NCBI GenBank assembly: GCA_017440145.1
Contig: JAFSHU010000036.1
Coordinates: 14,387-78,386 of the forward strand
DNA length: 64,000 nt
Source of the DNA: Bacillota bacterium
GTDB lineage: Bacteria > Bacillota > Dehalobacteriia > UBA4068
Direction of reading: 5' to 3'
The number at the start of each line of letters is the position of its first letter. Position 1 is the stretch's first letter. The notes below the pieces were generated by a model. The model was not told the DNA's origin, searched no databases, and saw only the letters and a program-made list of their open reading frames with translations. This document shows, piece after piece, positions 19,295 through 28,058 of this stretch. Position numbers and translations under genes: made by a program.

Positions 19295-19382
19295 GGCGAT
19301 GCCCTTTCTTTTTCATTTTTGTATATCCTATGTCGTGCACTTTCTTAAAATGTATGAATTTTAGCCTGGCATTTTTTGCTTT

Positions 19383-19399
19383 CAAGGAAATATTCCTTG
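19383..19399. promoter_or_regulatory. perfect 17-bp palindrome overlapping the nrdR -35 element (candidate operator)
   Basis: CAAGGAAATATTCCTTG in the ylmC-nrdR divergent region. Confidence 0.3.
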
Positions 19400-19425
19400 T
19401 AATACTGTATTTTGTCAGGTATAAT
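19397..19425 (+). promoter_or_regulatory. sigma-A-type promoter for nrdR
   Basis: TTGTAA, 17 nt spacer, TATAAT. Confidence 0.45.
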
Positions 19426-19503
19426 GAAGCCGATAACTATATGCGGTATTTCTGACTTTCGTCAGGAAGACGAAGCGGAAATACAGGGAAGGGGAGTCTG
19501 CTT

Positions 19504-19968
19504 ATGCGTTGCTTGTTCTGCGGTCATGATGATTCTAAGGTCTTGGATTCTCGCCCGGTGGAGGAAGGACGCAGCATTCGCCGCCGCCGGGAATGTTTGG
19601 CCTGTGGAAAGCGTTTTACCACCTATGAACGGGTGGAGGAGCTGCCTTTGATCGTCGTGAAAAATGATGGCAGCCGGGAGCTTTTTGAACCAAACAAAGT
19701 TTTGAATGGGCTGCTTCGGGCCTGTGATAAACGGGCTGTTCCCACCAGTGTTCTTGAGAATGTGGTTGCAGATGTGGAGCGGGAGCTCAGCAATAATCTG
19801 GAGCGGGAGGTTTCCTCCAAGGAAATCGGTGAGCTGGTCATCAAGCGCCTGAGGAGCATTGACCAGGTTGCTTATGTGCGCTTTGCCAGCGTATATAGAA
19901 AATTTGAAGATGTATCTACCTTTATTGATGAGATTCGTTCTCTGCAAAAAGAAGCCAACGAAAAATGA
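19504..19968 (+). CDS. nrdR: transcriptional repressor NrdR
   Basis: MRCLFCGHDDSKVLDSRPVEEGRSIRRRRECLACGKRFTTYE zinc ribbon plus ATP-cone. Confidence 0.9.
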   Translation: MRCLFCGHDDSKVLDSRPVEEGRSIRRRRECLACGKRFTTYERVEELPLIVVKNDGSRELFEPNKVLNGLLRACDKRAVPTSVLENVVADVERELSNNLEREVSSKEIGELVIKRLRSIDQVAYVRFASVYRKFEDVSTFIDEIRSLQKEANEK

Positions 19969-19971
19969 TTT

Positions 19972-20016
19972 AAAAGCATAGCATTTGTGGCTTTGCCCTG
20001 GTGCTATGCTTTTTTA
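19972..20016 (+). terminator. rho-independent terminator after nrdR
   Basis: AAAAGCATAGCA...TGCTATGCTTTT stem followed by a T-run. Confidence 0.65.
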
Positions 20017-20235
20017 TATGTATATGTGCCCGCTTTTGCCGCTGTGATATGGATTCTGTTTCGCAGAAAGAGTAGATCCCGTTCTTTTCCTGCTGTGCAA
20101 TAATTTTTCAGGAGACTTATTGCATATATCAATGCTTGGCTGCTTGTTTTTTGTTCAAGAGTTTGCTATAATTGTGTCAGAAGTTTGAACAGTTTCTCTG
20201 GCGAAGAAGGGGAATCCTGAGATTCGGGAGGGAAT

Positions 20236-21930
20236 ATGCAGGGAGATTGCTGCGATTTCAGCTTATCGATAAAAAATTGTCTTTCCCCCGTGGAAATTCA
20301 GGCCGAAGCGGTTTCGGATGCTTTTTCCCAACCCGGAGCTGCCCGGAAGATTTGGCGAAACGAAAACGGACAATGGACGGATGGCTGCGCAGTGCTGCAG
20401 TCGGTTTCCTCTGCGCTTTCCTGGGAGGAGCTGCTGGCCCTGCTGGAAAAAGAGAAGCAGCTGCTGCTAATGGATGCCCAGGGGCAGCCTTTGGGCATAG
20501 CCGGCAGCGCAGAAGTCCATTCCTATTTGCTTTCCTCCACAAAAAGAGCAGTGGCTGCGCTGGAAACCCTGTTGCAAACTTCCAGTGAATCCATTTGCGC
20601 CATTGATGAGCAGGGCATTGTCACCATGTGGAACCCCCCTGCGGAACGCCGATATAAGATTTCCCGGAAGGAGATCATCGGCCGGAATGTGGAGGATTTT
20701 TTCTCTAACCTTCTCATCACAAAGGTGCAGTATAACGCCATGACAACCGGGAAGCCCCTGCGGGATCGCTACCATCAGCCGCTTCTGGGTGAGCATGTGC
20801 TGACGAATGCCTCCCCCATCATTTGCGGGCAAGAGGTTTTGGGCGCTGTCACAGCTGAGCGGGATATCAGCGAAACCATGCGCCTTTCCCATGAGCTGGC
20901 CCGCAGCAATACCCGGGTGAACAATTTAAAACGGGAGATCGATAAATACAGCCGCGGCGCAGATGCCTTTGAGAGTATCACCGGCCAAAGCCCAGCCTTG
21001 ACGGATGTTGTGGACCTGGCCCGCAGGATCGGCAATACGGATGTAAGCATTCTTTTGCGTGGGGAGAGCGGCACCGGTAAGGAATTGTTTGCGGAAGCAA
21101 TACATAAAGCAGGGAAGCGCCATGATCAGCCCTTTGTGGTGCTGAACTGCGGTGCCATTCCTCTGAATTTGTTTGAAAGTGAGCTTTTTGGCTATCAGCC
21201 CGGTGCCTTTACCGGTGCAGACCGTCGGGGGCGCAAGGGGAAATTCGATGAGGCCAATCATGGCACATTGTTTTTGGATGAAATTGGCGAGCTGCCTCTG
21301 GATATGCAGGTAAAGCTTTTGCGTGTCCTGCAGGATCAGCGCTTTTATCGCGTAGGCGGCGGGGAAGCGATCAAAGTGGATGTCCGCTTGATCTCGGCAA
21401 CGAACCGGGATCTGAACAGGATGATCGAGGAAGGCCGCTTTCGTGAAGATCTTTATTATCGAATCAATGTGGTCACGCTGGAGCTGCCGCCCCTGCGGGA
21501 TCGCAAAGAGGATATCCCCCTTTTGGCCAATCAATTCCTGCGGGAATTTTGCCTGAAGCAGGGGATCCCGGTGAAGCATCTGGAGGCGGAGGTTCTCAGC
21601 TATCTGATGAACTATGCCTGGCCCGGTAATGTCCGGGAGCTGCGCAATGTCATAGAACGCCTGGTGGTTCTTTCAGAGGGGAATGTGATCGGAAGTGATC
21701 ATTTGCCCGGGCAGATCAAATACAGCAGTGTGGATTATGAAGGTCAGCCCGGCGTGCTGCCGGAAGGCGGTTTGAACGGAGTGGCGGGGAAGGCGGAGAG
21801 AACAATGATCATTCAGGCCTTGGATACCTGCCTGGGGGATCGAACCCGTGCCGCAAAGCTGTTGGGCATTCCGCGGAGTACGCTATATTATAAGATGAAT
21901 AAATACGGTTTGATGCAGAAAAAGCAGTGA
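20236..21930 (+). CDS. sigma-54-dependent transcriptional activator (unknown N-domain + PAS + AAA+ + Fis-type HTH)
   Basis: LRGESGTGKELFAEAIH Walker A, GAFTGA loop (FGYQPGAFTGA), ELPPLRDRKEDIP, C-terminal RSTLYYKMNKYGL HTH; PAS-like region ICAIDEQGIVTMWN; RBS GGGAGGGA. Confidence 0.85.
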   Translation: MQGDCCDFSLSIKNCLSPVEIQAEAVSDAFSQPGAARKIWRNENGQWTDGCAVLQSVSSALSWEELLALLEKEKQLLLMDAQGQPLGIAGSAEVHSYLLSSTKRAVAALETLLQTSSESICAIDEQGIVTMWNPPAERRYKISRKEIIGRNVEDFFSNLLITKVQYNAMTTGKPLRDRYHQPLLGEHVLTNASPIICGQEVLGAVTAERDISETMRLSHELARSNTRVNNLKREIDKYSRGADAFESITGQSPALTDVVDLARRIGNTDVSILLRGESGTGKELFAEAIHKAGKRHDQPFVVLNCGAIPLNLFESELFGYQPGAFTGADRRGRKGKFDEANHGTLFLDEIGELPLDMQVKLLRVLQDQRFYRVGGGEAIKVDVRLISATNRDLNRMIEEGRFREDLYYRINVVTLELPPLRDRKEDIPLLANQFLREFCLKQGIPVKHLEAEVLSYLMNYAWPGNVRELRNVIERLVVLSEGNVIGSDHLPGQIKYSSVDYEGQPGVLPEGGLNGVAGKAERTMIIQALDTCLGDRTRAAKLLGIPRSTLYYKMNKYGLMQKKQ

Positions 21931-22093
21931 AAATAGCCCTTGTGCAATTTTTTATACATAGTTGTCTCGTTTTTTGTCGATTTAATGGCTTACTACGCTA
22001 AAGTTTTATTGTATTTTTGGAAGTTTTCAGTTTTTTTAGTGCCTTAAACAGGGATTACGGCGAGAAAAGAAATTTTTTCTGAAATTGGATTTT

Positions 22094-22109
22094 TGGCATG
22101 CTTTTTGCT
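22094..22109 (+). promoter_or_regulatory. sigma-54 (-24/-12) promoter
   Basis: TGGCATGCTTTTTGCT: GG and GC are 12 nt apart, matching TGGCAC-N5-TTGCW; about 80 nt upstream of the first operon gene and downstream of the activator gene. Confidence 0.6.
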
Positions 22110-22188
22110 ATATATATTTATTGTGGATTTTTTGCTTTGGTTTAGAGTTGTTCTTGCAGCAACATATTATAGAGGAGGTTCAGCTGTA

Positions 22189-22497
22189 ATGAGAATTGAA
22201 GAACATCCGATTTTGGACTTTGACCGTGGGGAGAAAATCACTTTCTTCTATAATGGTCAGGAAGTGGAGGGCTACACCAACGAAACCATCGTGGCAGCCC
22301 TGCATGCGGCGGGCGTTCGCAAACTGGGTGCCAGCCCGGAACTGCATCGTCCCCGTGGTTTGTTCTGTGCTATCGGAAACTGCTCCAGCTGCTTTATGAC
22401 CGTGGATGATGAACCCAATGTTCGCGTCTGCGTCGTTAAATGCAAGCAGGGCATGAGAGTTGAAGAACAAAATGGTAGGGGGGTCGTCAGAGTATGA
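22189..22497 (+). CDS. small [2Fe-2S]-binding subunit (HcnA / sarcosine-oxidase-alpha N-terminal-like)
   Basis: 102 aa from ATG 10 nt after AGAGGAGG; Cys pattern CAIGNCSSC...C; the track ORF 22093.. is an upstream extension across the promoter. Confidence 0.7.
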   Translation: MRIEEHPILDFDRGEKITFFYNGQEVEGYTNETIVAALHAAGVRKLGASPELHRPRGLFCAIGNCSSCFMTVDDEPNVRVCVVKCKQGMRVEEQNGRGVVRV

Positions 22498-23585
22498 AAC
22501 AGATTGAAATCCTTGTCGTAGGCGGCGGACCTGCTGGCCTGTGCGCAGCTTTGGCTGCAAGCTCCCTGGGAGCAAAGGTTCTTATTTGCGAACGCGACGA
22601 TCATCCCGGCGGCCAGCTGGTAAAACAGACCCATAAATTCTTTGGTTCTGAAAAACAGTATGCTGGCGACCGTGGCTTCCAGATCGGCGAAATGCTGCTG
22701 GAAAAGGTCAAAGCAGATGAAAACATCGAGCTGTGGATCGATACCACTGTTCTCGGTATTTATGAAGACGGCATCGTTACCTGCGAACACGATGGCGAAC
22801 ACGTCAAAATCAAACCCGAACGCACCATCATCGCTACCGGTGCTGCTGAAAAATTCCTGCCCTTCCCCGGCAATGATCTGCCCGGCATCTATGGCGCAGG
22901 TGCAGTCCAGACCCTGATGAACGTCTCCGGCGTTAAACCCGCTGAACGCGTTCTGATGGTCGGCGCCGGTAACATCGGTCTGATCGTTTCCTATCAGCTG
23001 AAACAGGCTGGCGTTGATATCGCCGCCATCATCGAAGGCGCTCCGAAGATCGGTGGTTACCTGGTACACGCCTCCAAAGACGTCCGTTCCGGTATCCCGG
23101 TCCTCACCAGCCATACCATCCTGGAAGCCTATGGTAAGGATCGTGTGGAAGGCGCCATCATCGCGAAGATCGATGACAAATGGCAGCCCATCCCCGGCAC
23201 TGAGCAGGATATCAAGTGCGATGTCATCTGCCTGGCCGTTGGTCTGTCTCCCTTGACCGAACTGTGCTGGCAGGCCGGCTGCGAGATGGCTTTCATCCGC
23301 GAGCTGTCCGGTCATGTACCGATCGTTGACGATTATCTCGAAACCACCGTTCCCGGCATCTATGTGGCCGGTGACGTGAGCGGCATTGAAGAAGCCAGCT
23401 CCGCTATGGTGGAAGGCCGCCTGGCCGGTCTCTCTGCCGCAGCCAGCCTGGGCTATGGCAAGGAAGAAGCTCCCGAGCTCCAGAAAGCTGCCATGGCTGA
23501 ATTGGATGAGCTGCGTGCCGGCCCCATGGGTGAAAGAATCCGCATGGGTCTGGAAAAAGTTGCTGCGAAGGGAGGAGCAAAATAA
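22494..23585 (+). CDS. FAD/NAD(P)-binding pyridine-nucleotide-disulfide-type oxidoreductase subunit (HcnB / OoxA / PDH alpha-like)
   Basis: ATGA overlap with the upstream gene; VVGGGPAGLCAA dinucleotide fold and a second GAGNIG fold; 363 aa. Confidence 0.75.
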   Translation: MKQIEILVVGGGPAGLCAALAASSLGAKVLICERDDHPGGQLVKQTHKFFGSEKQYAGDRGFQIGEMLLEKVKADENIELWIDTTVLGIYEDGIVTCEHDGEHVKIKPERTIIATGAAEKFLPFPGNDLPGIYGAGAVQTLMNVSGVKPAERVLMVGAGNIGLIVSYQLKQAGVDIAAIIEGAPKIGGYLVHASKDVRSGIPVLTSHTILEAYGKDRVEGAIIAKIDDKWQPIPGTEQDIKCDVICLAVGLSPLTELCWQAGCEMAFIRELSGHVPIVDDYLETTVPGIYVAGDVSGIEEASSAMVEGRLAGLSAAASLGYGKEEAPELQKAAMAELDELRAGPMGERIRMGLEKVAAKGGAK

Positions 23586-24079
23586 TGCTTATCAATGATG
23601 GTATCCCGACCAAAGAAGATCTGGCGAAGGTCATGCCTTCTCCGGAACGTCTGGCTGCAGGCCCGGTTTCTATCGCCGAATGCTTCCAGAATATTCCCTG
23701 CAATCCCTGCGTGAAAGCTTGCCCCCGCAATGCGATCACCATGCCCAATTCCATCAATGATACCCCGCAGGTTGACCATGAAAACTGCAACGGCTGCGGC
23801 GTATGCGTTGGTAAATGCCCCGGTCTGGCAATCTTTGTTGTGGATATGACCTACAGCGAAGAATTTGCTCTGGTCAAAATCCCCTTTGAATACGTTCCCG
23901 TTCCGGAAGTGGGCCAGATGGCTTGCGGCCTGAATCGCTCCGGCGAAGAAATGGGCTGGTTCGAAGTGGAAAAAGTTATCTCCGGCGGGAAGAAGAACAA
24001 AACCTATACCATCTCGCTGAAAGTGCCGAAAGACCTGGCCATGGAAGTCAGAAACATCAAGGTTGGGGGGTATAAATAA
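23585..24079 (+). CDS. ferredoxin-like [4Fe-4S] subunit
   Basis: 1-nt overlap (TAATG); CNPCVKACP and CNGCGVCVGKCP cysteine motifs; 164 aa. Confidence 0.65.
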   Translation: MLINDGIPTKEDLAKVMPSPERLAAGPVSIAECFQNIPCNPCVKACPRNAITMPNSINDTPQVDHENCNGCGVCVGKCPGLAIFVVDMTYSEEFALVKIPFEYVPVPEVGQMACGLNRSGEEMGWFEVEKVISGGKKNKTYTISLKVPKDLAMEVRNIKVGGYK

Positions 24080-24360
24080 TGGCTGATCAGATTCTTATCT
24101 GCCGCTGCGAAGATATTACCAAAGAACGTCTTTTGGAAGTAATTGCAGAAGGTTATGAAACGATCGATGAGATCAAAAGAGCTACCCGTGCCGGTATGGG
24201 CCCCTGCCAGGGTCGTACCTGCCGCCAGCTGATTGCCCAGGAGCTGTCCAAAATTTACGGCGTTCCTATGGAAGAAGTGCTTATGCCCACTTTCCGCGCT
24301 CCGGTTAAGCCCATCAGCATGGGTACACTGGCTGACGCTCATAAAAAAGGAGGAGAATAA
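24079..24360 (+). CDS. BFD-like [2Fe-2S]-binding small subunit
   Basis: CRCEDIT...CQGRTC BFD-type motif, 93 aa, overlapping start. Confidence 0.7.
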   Translation: MADQILICRCEDITKERLLEVIAEGYETIDEIKRATRAGMGPCQGRTCRQLIAQELSKIYGVPMEEVLMPTFRAPVKPISMGTLADAHKKGGE

Positions 24361-24363
24361 GCC

Positions 24364-25524
24364 ATGAAAAAAGCGTATGATATTATTATCGTGGGCGGCG
24401 GCATCGTTGGTTGCTCCATCGCCTTTGAAATGGCCAAACGTGGCCACAGCAACATCCTGCTGATCGAGCGCGGTTACCTCTCCGGCGGCGCTACTGGTCG
24501 CTGCGGCGCTGGTATCCGTCAGCAGTGGGGCTCTGTCCTCAACGCCACCCTGGCTGTTGAAAGTACCCACATCTTTGAAAACCTGGAAGAATACACCGGC
24601 TATAAAGGCAACTGCGGCCTGAACCAGGCTGGTTACCTGCTTATCGCCTGCACCGAAAAAGAATGGGATCAGTTCCAGAAGAACCTGGAAGTTCAGCATC
24701 AGCTGGGCGTAGATTCTTATCCTGTTGATCTGGAAAAAGACGTCTACAAATACGTTCCCTTCATCAATACCGATGGCATCTACGGCGCCACTTTCTGCCA
24801 GAAAGACGGCCACGCAGATCCCTTCCACTGCACCTTTGCTTATGCTTACGGCGCTCGTCAGCTGGGCGTGGACATCCTCACCTACACGGAAGTCCTCTCT
24901 CTGAAGGCCGAAGGCGGCAAGATCAAGGGCGTTTCCACCACCAAGGGTGATTTCGAAGCTCCCATGGTCATCAACTGCGCCAATGCCTGGGCTCCCGGTC
25001 TGGCTGCACAGGTTGGCGATGAGATCCCCGTATTCCCCGAACGCCATCAGGCTCTGGTCACTGAACCCGTGGCTCCCATGGGTCCCAACGGCCCCATGCC
25101 CATGGTCATGTCCTTCCATCGTAAATTCTACGTACAGCAGTCCCCCCATGGCAGCTTCATCATGGGTATTGCGGAAACCGAACCCGTCAGCTTCAACATC
25201 CGTTCCAGCTGGCAGTTCCTGGAAGAATGCTGCGGCGTGATCTGCGACACTCTGCCTGCTCTCCGCGGTCTGCGCGTTGTCCGTCAGTGGGCTGGTCTCT
25301 ATGATATGAGCCCCGACCGCAACCCCATCATCGAATTCTCCAAGAACGCAGAAGGCCTCATCACCATCTGCGGTTTCTCCGGCCATGGCTTTATGGTTGC
25401 ACCCCGTACTGCAATCCTGGTTGCCAAACACCTCTGCAACGAGCAGGATGACCTGGATATCAAACGCTTCTCTGCCGATCGTTATCGCACCGGCGAGCTG
25501 CTGCTGGAACCCTCTGTCGTCTAA
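24364..25524 (+). CDS. FAD-dependent oxidoreductase subunit (DAO family; SoxB / HcnC / OoxB / PDH beta-like)
   Basis: YDIIIVGGGIVGCSIAFEMAKRG FAD fold, 386 aa. Confidence 0.8.
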   Translation: MKKAYDIIIVGGGIVGCSIAFEMAKRGHSNILLIERGYLSGGATGRCGAGIRQQWGSVLNATLAVESTHIFENLEEYTGYKGNCGLNQAGYLLIACTEKEWDQFQKNLEVQHQLGVDSYPVDLEKDVYKYVPFINTDGIYGATFCQKDGHADPFHCTFAYAYGARQLGVDILTYTEVLSLKAEGGKIKGVSTTKGDFEAPMVINCANAWAPGLAAQVGDEIPVFPERHQALVTEPVAPMGPNGPMPMVMSFHRKFYVQQSPHGSFIMGIAETEPVSFNIRSSWQFLEECCGVICDTLPALRGLRVVRQWAGLYDMSPDRNPIIEFSKNAEGLITICGFSGHGFMVAPRTAILVAKHLCNEQDDLDIKRFSADRYRTGELLLEPSVV

Positions 25525-25546
25525 TTCCTGCAAAATCTCGTTTTTT

Positions 25547-25580
25547 GAGCTGCGCCGCGCTTTGCGGCGCAGCTTTTTTA
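25547..25580 (+). terminator. rho-independent terminator ending the five-gene operon
   Basis: GAGCTGCGCCGC...GCGGCGCAGCT stem followed by TTTTTTA. Confidence 0.7.
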
Positions 25581-25622
25581 TGCCTCCCGGAAAAGATTCC
25601 AAAAATCTTCCAGAAAACTTCC

Positions 25623-25651
25623 TTGCCGTTTAATCCTGGGGTTGTTATAAT
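25623..25651 (+). promoter_or_regulatory. sigma-A-type promoter ending about 7 nt before the next ATG (possible leaderless mRNA)
   Basis: TTGCCG, 17 nt spacer, TATAAT ends at 25651; ATG at 25658 has no Shine-Dalgarno sequence. Confidence 0.4.
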
Positions 25652-25657
25652 AAATGC

Positions 25658-26629
25658 ATGGAAAGAAAAACAGCAAAAAAGAACAAAGCCCCACGATCTA
25701 TACGCATTGCAGATTTGTTGGCCATATTGGTGCTGCTTGTGATCGCAGCTTCTTTGCTGACCATGGCTGTTCGTTATGTTCGTTACCTGGCATTGGATAT
25801 TCGCCTGGCTGAGCATTCCACCACCGTGGTGGATTTTGATGCCCAAATGATCGTCCTGCGGACGGAATACCCCATTTACGCCGGTAGGGAGGGGGAGTTT
25901 ACCCCGATTCTGGAGGAAGGTCAGCGGGTGAAGGAAGGGGAGCAGATCGGCTATATCCAGTGGGAGAGCGGCCCCCAGCACCCGGTTCTGGCTTCTCACA
26001 CGGGGCTTGTTTCCTATGCTATTGACGGTTGGGAAGCTCTGCTGATGCCGGAAGCCGCTGATACAACGGATTGGCTGAAGGTTCTGGATGCCCTGGATGA
26101 GGATGCCTCCCGCAATGCTGAGGTCGTGCCGGATCTTTCCGCCGGCCGCACCGTAGCCAAAGTGGTGGATAACCTGATCCCGCCCATGCTGTTTTTCCAT
26201 GCCGATGACCTGCCGGATCGTCTTGCGGAGGAAGGAAACTGCCGTTTTCTTTTGAGCAATGACCCGGATGGCACGCAGCCTCTGCAGGCTCAGGCCGGTG
26301 AAGTTATTTCTTTGGCCGACGGCAGCCAGTATTTTTTTGCGGAGCTGAGCAGCATGGATTCCCGTATGTATGGGGAACGCATTCATCAGGTCTCTATCAT
26401 TGATCAGAGCATATCCGGGGTCAGCGTTCCGCTTACGGCGATCCATTGGGACGAAGAAAGCAATCGCCCCTTTGTTTATCGCTGTGATCGCAGCCACCTG
26501 GAGCTGGTGGAGGTCAAGATTATCTATCAGGCAGATAAAACTGTCTTTGTGGAAGGAATTACTTTGGGCGATCGCATCGTTGTGAATGAGAATCGAGCCC
26601 GGGACGGCCAGAAAATCTACGGAAAATAG
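25658..26629 (+). CDS. membrane-anchored HlyD/membrane-fusion-like hypothetical protein
   Basis: N-terminal TM helix; biotin-lipoyl-like segment (ILEEGQRVKEGEQIGYIQ); C-terminal beta-barrel resembling efflux adaptor C-domains (FVYRCDRSHLELVEVKII...GDRIVV); no transporter partner nearby. Confidence 0.45.
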   Translation: MERKTAKKNKAPRSIRIADLLAILVLLVIAASLLTMAVRYVRYLALDIRLAEHSTTVVDFDAQMIVLRTEYPIYAGREGEFTPILEEGQRVKEGEQIGYIQWESGPQHPVLASHTGLVSYAIDGWEALLMPEAADTTDWLKVLDALDEDASRNAEVVPDLSAGRTVAKVVDNLIPPMLFFHADDLPDRLAEEGNCRFLLSNDPDGTQPLQAQAGEVISLADGSQYFFAELSSMDSRMYGERIHQVSIIDQSISGVSVPLTAIHWDEESNRPFVYRCDRSHLELVEVKIIYQADKTVFVEGITLGDRIVVNENRARDGQKIYGK

Positions 26630-26678
26630 GACGTTGACACCCTGGGTACAATAAATAAGCGAAAGAAGAACAGAACAT

Positions 26679-27374
26679 ATGATAGAAAAAATTGCAGAAA
26701 ATATCTCTGTTATCCAGAACAAAATTGCCGCTGCCCAGGCGCGCAGCGTTTATGCCGCGAAGCAGGTTCAGCTGCTGGCCGTTTCCAAAACCTACCCCAT
26801 CGAGAGAGTCCGCGATGCAGTGGCCGCCGGACAAAGAGCTTTTGGCGAAAACCGTGTTCAGGAGCTTGTAGAAAAATTTGAACACTGCCCGGATCTGGAG
26901 TGGCACCTGATCGGCCATTTGCAAACCAATAAAGTGAAATATCTCATTGGAAAGACCTGCTTGATTCATTCCCTTGACAGCATGGAGCTGGCACAGGAGA
27001 TCGAAAAACGCAGTGCTGCCCAGGATGTGCAGACGAATGTTTTGGTGCAGCTGAATATTGCCAAGGAGGATACAAAAAGCGGCCTGATGGAGGATGAGCT
27101 GGCAGACTTTTTGGATGCAGTCTGTGCATTTCCCCATGTGCATCTTTCCGGCCTGATGACCATTGGCCCCAATGTGGAGGATGCTTCTGCGATCCGCAGC
27201 GTATTTGCCCGCCTGCGGCAGCTTCGGGATGCACAGCAGCAGATTCTGCGGCCGAATTGTGATCTTTCCCTCCTTTCTATGGGCATGAGCGGCGATTATG
27301 AGATCGCCGTGGAGGAAGGCGCCAATATCGTCCGGGTCGGCAGTGCAATTTTTGGACAACGAGTATATTCTTAG
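26679..27374 (+). CDS. yggS: YggS family pyridoxal-phosphate homeostasis protein
   Basis: 231 aa; AVSKTYP with the PLP-binding lysine; TIM-barrel alanine-racemase N-domain fold. Confidence 0.9.
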   Translation: MIEKIAENISVIQNKIAAAQARSVYAAKQVQLLAVSKTYPIERVRDAVAAGQRAFGENRVQELVEKFEHCPDLEWHLIGHLQTNKVKYLIGKTCLIHSLDSMELAQEIEKRSAAQDVQTNVLVQLNIAKEDTKSGLMEDELADFLDAVCAFPHVHLSGLMTIGPNVEDASAIRSVFARLRQLRDAQQQILRPNCDLSLLSMGMSGDYEIAVEEGANIVRVGSAIFGQRVYS

Positions 27375-27443
27375 CAGGATATTTCTGTTTTTTATAGAAG
27401 TTAAAGCAGATGCTATGAAATCTTTTCTAAGGAGAGAATCAGC

Positions 27444-27971
27444 GTGAGCGGTTTTTTAGATAAAGTAGGCAATTTCTTTTTCAAAAATGATGAGGAGCTG
27501 GAAGACGATCTGACTCTGAATTTTGAGGATCCGGCTGGCGGCAGCAAAAGCGCTGGGGAAGCAAAAGCCAGTGCAAAACCCCAGGCCCAGCCGCAGCAGC
27601 AGCGCAAACCCAACCTCATCAGCGTTCCCACCAAAACCAAGACAGGGGATGGTAATTTGGAGATCGTTTTGTTTAAAGCCACCTCTTATGATGATATGCA
27701 GGAGATCGCCCGGCAGATCAAAGACCGGAAGATCGCTGTGGTCAATTTTGAAGATATGGATAAAGATGTGGCTCAGAGAATGGTGGATTTCCTTTCCGGC
27801 GCGGCTTTTGCCCTGGATGGCGCTCCCCGGAAGGTTTCCGGCGGCACCTTCATCTTTAGCTCCTCTCAGGTGGATGTGAGCGGGCAGATCATGACCAAAG
27901 AGGGCATGCCCGGTGGGGACGAGCTGGCAAATGACAGCCGCTTTTCCTCGAACCAGTGGATTCGTTCCTGA
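27444..27971 (+). CDS. sepF: cell division protein SepF
   Basis: GTG start after AAGGAGAG; disordered linker then the conserved C-terminal SepF domain (VVNFEDMDKDVAQRMVDFLSGAAFALDG). Confidence 0.85.
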   Translation: MSGFLDKVGNFFFKNDEELEDDLTLNFEDPAGGSKSAGEAKASAKPQAQPQQQRKPNLISVPTKTKTGDGNLEIVLFKATSYDDMQEIARQIKDRKIAVVNFEDMDKDVAQRMVDFLSGAAFALDGAPRKVSGGTFIFSSSQVDVSGQIMTKEGMPGGDELANDSRFSSNQWIRS

Positions 27972-28058
27972 GTAAAGCAATAAAGCATTTTATATGCGTG
28001 GGGAGGTCTTTTTATCCTGATCCTGCGAATCATTCAAGTCGCTTTTCGCGTCTATTAC

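Noticed and set aside
20151-20172. TTGTTC as the -35 element for the sigma-54 activator gene promoter
   Set aside because: It lies only 10 nt from the TATAAT element. TTGTTT at 20144-20149 gives the proper 17-nt spacing and is preferred.
22189-25524. Calling the five-gene operon hydrogen cyanide synthase (hcnABC)
   Set aside because: The subunit types are shared with opine oxidases and L-proline or D-hydroxyproline dehydrogenases. The host is an anaerobic spore-former, and there are extra ferredoxin and BFD subunits. A specific HCN synthase call is not supported.
24004-25602. 532-aa minus-strand ORF opposite the FAD oxidoreductase subunit
   Set aside because: Antisense shadow of a gene with clear FAD-binding motifs on the plus strand.
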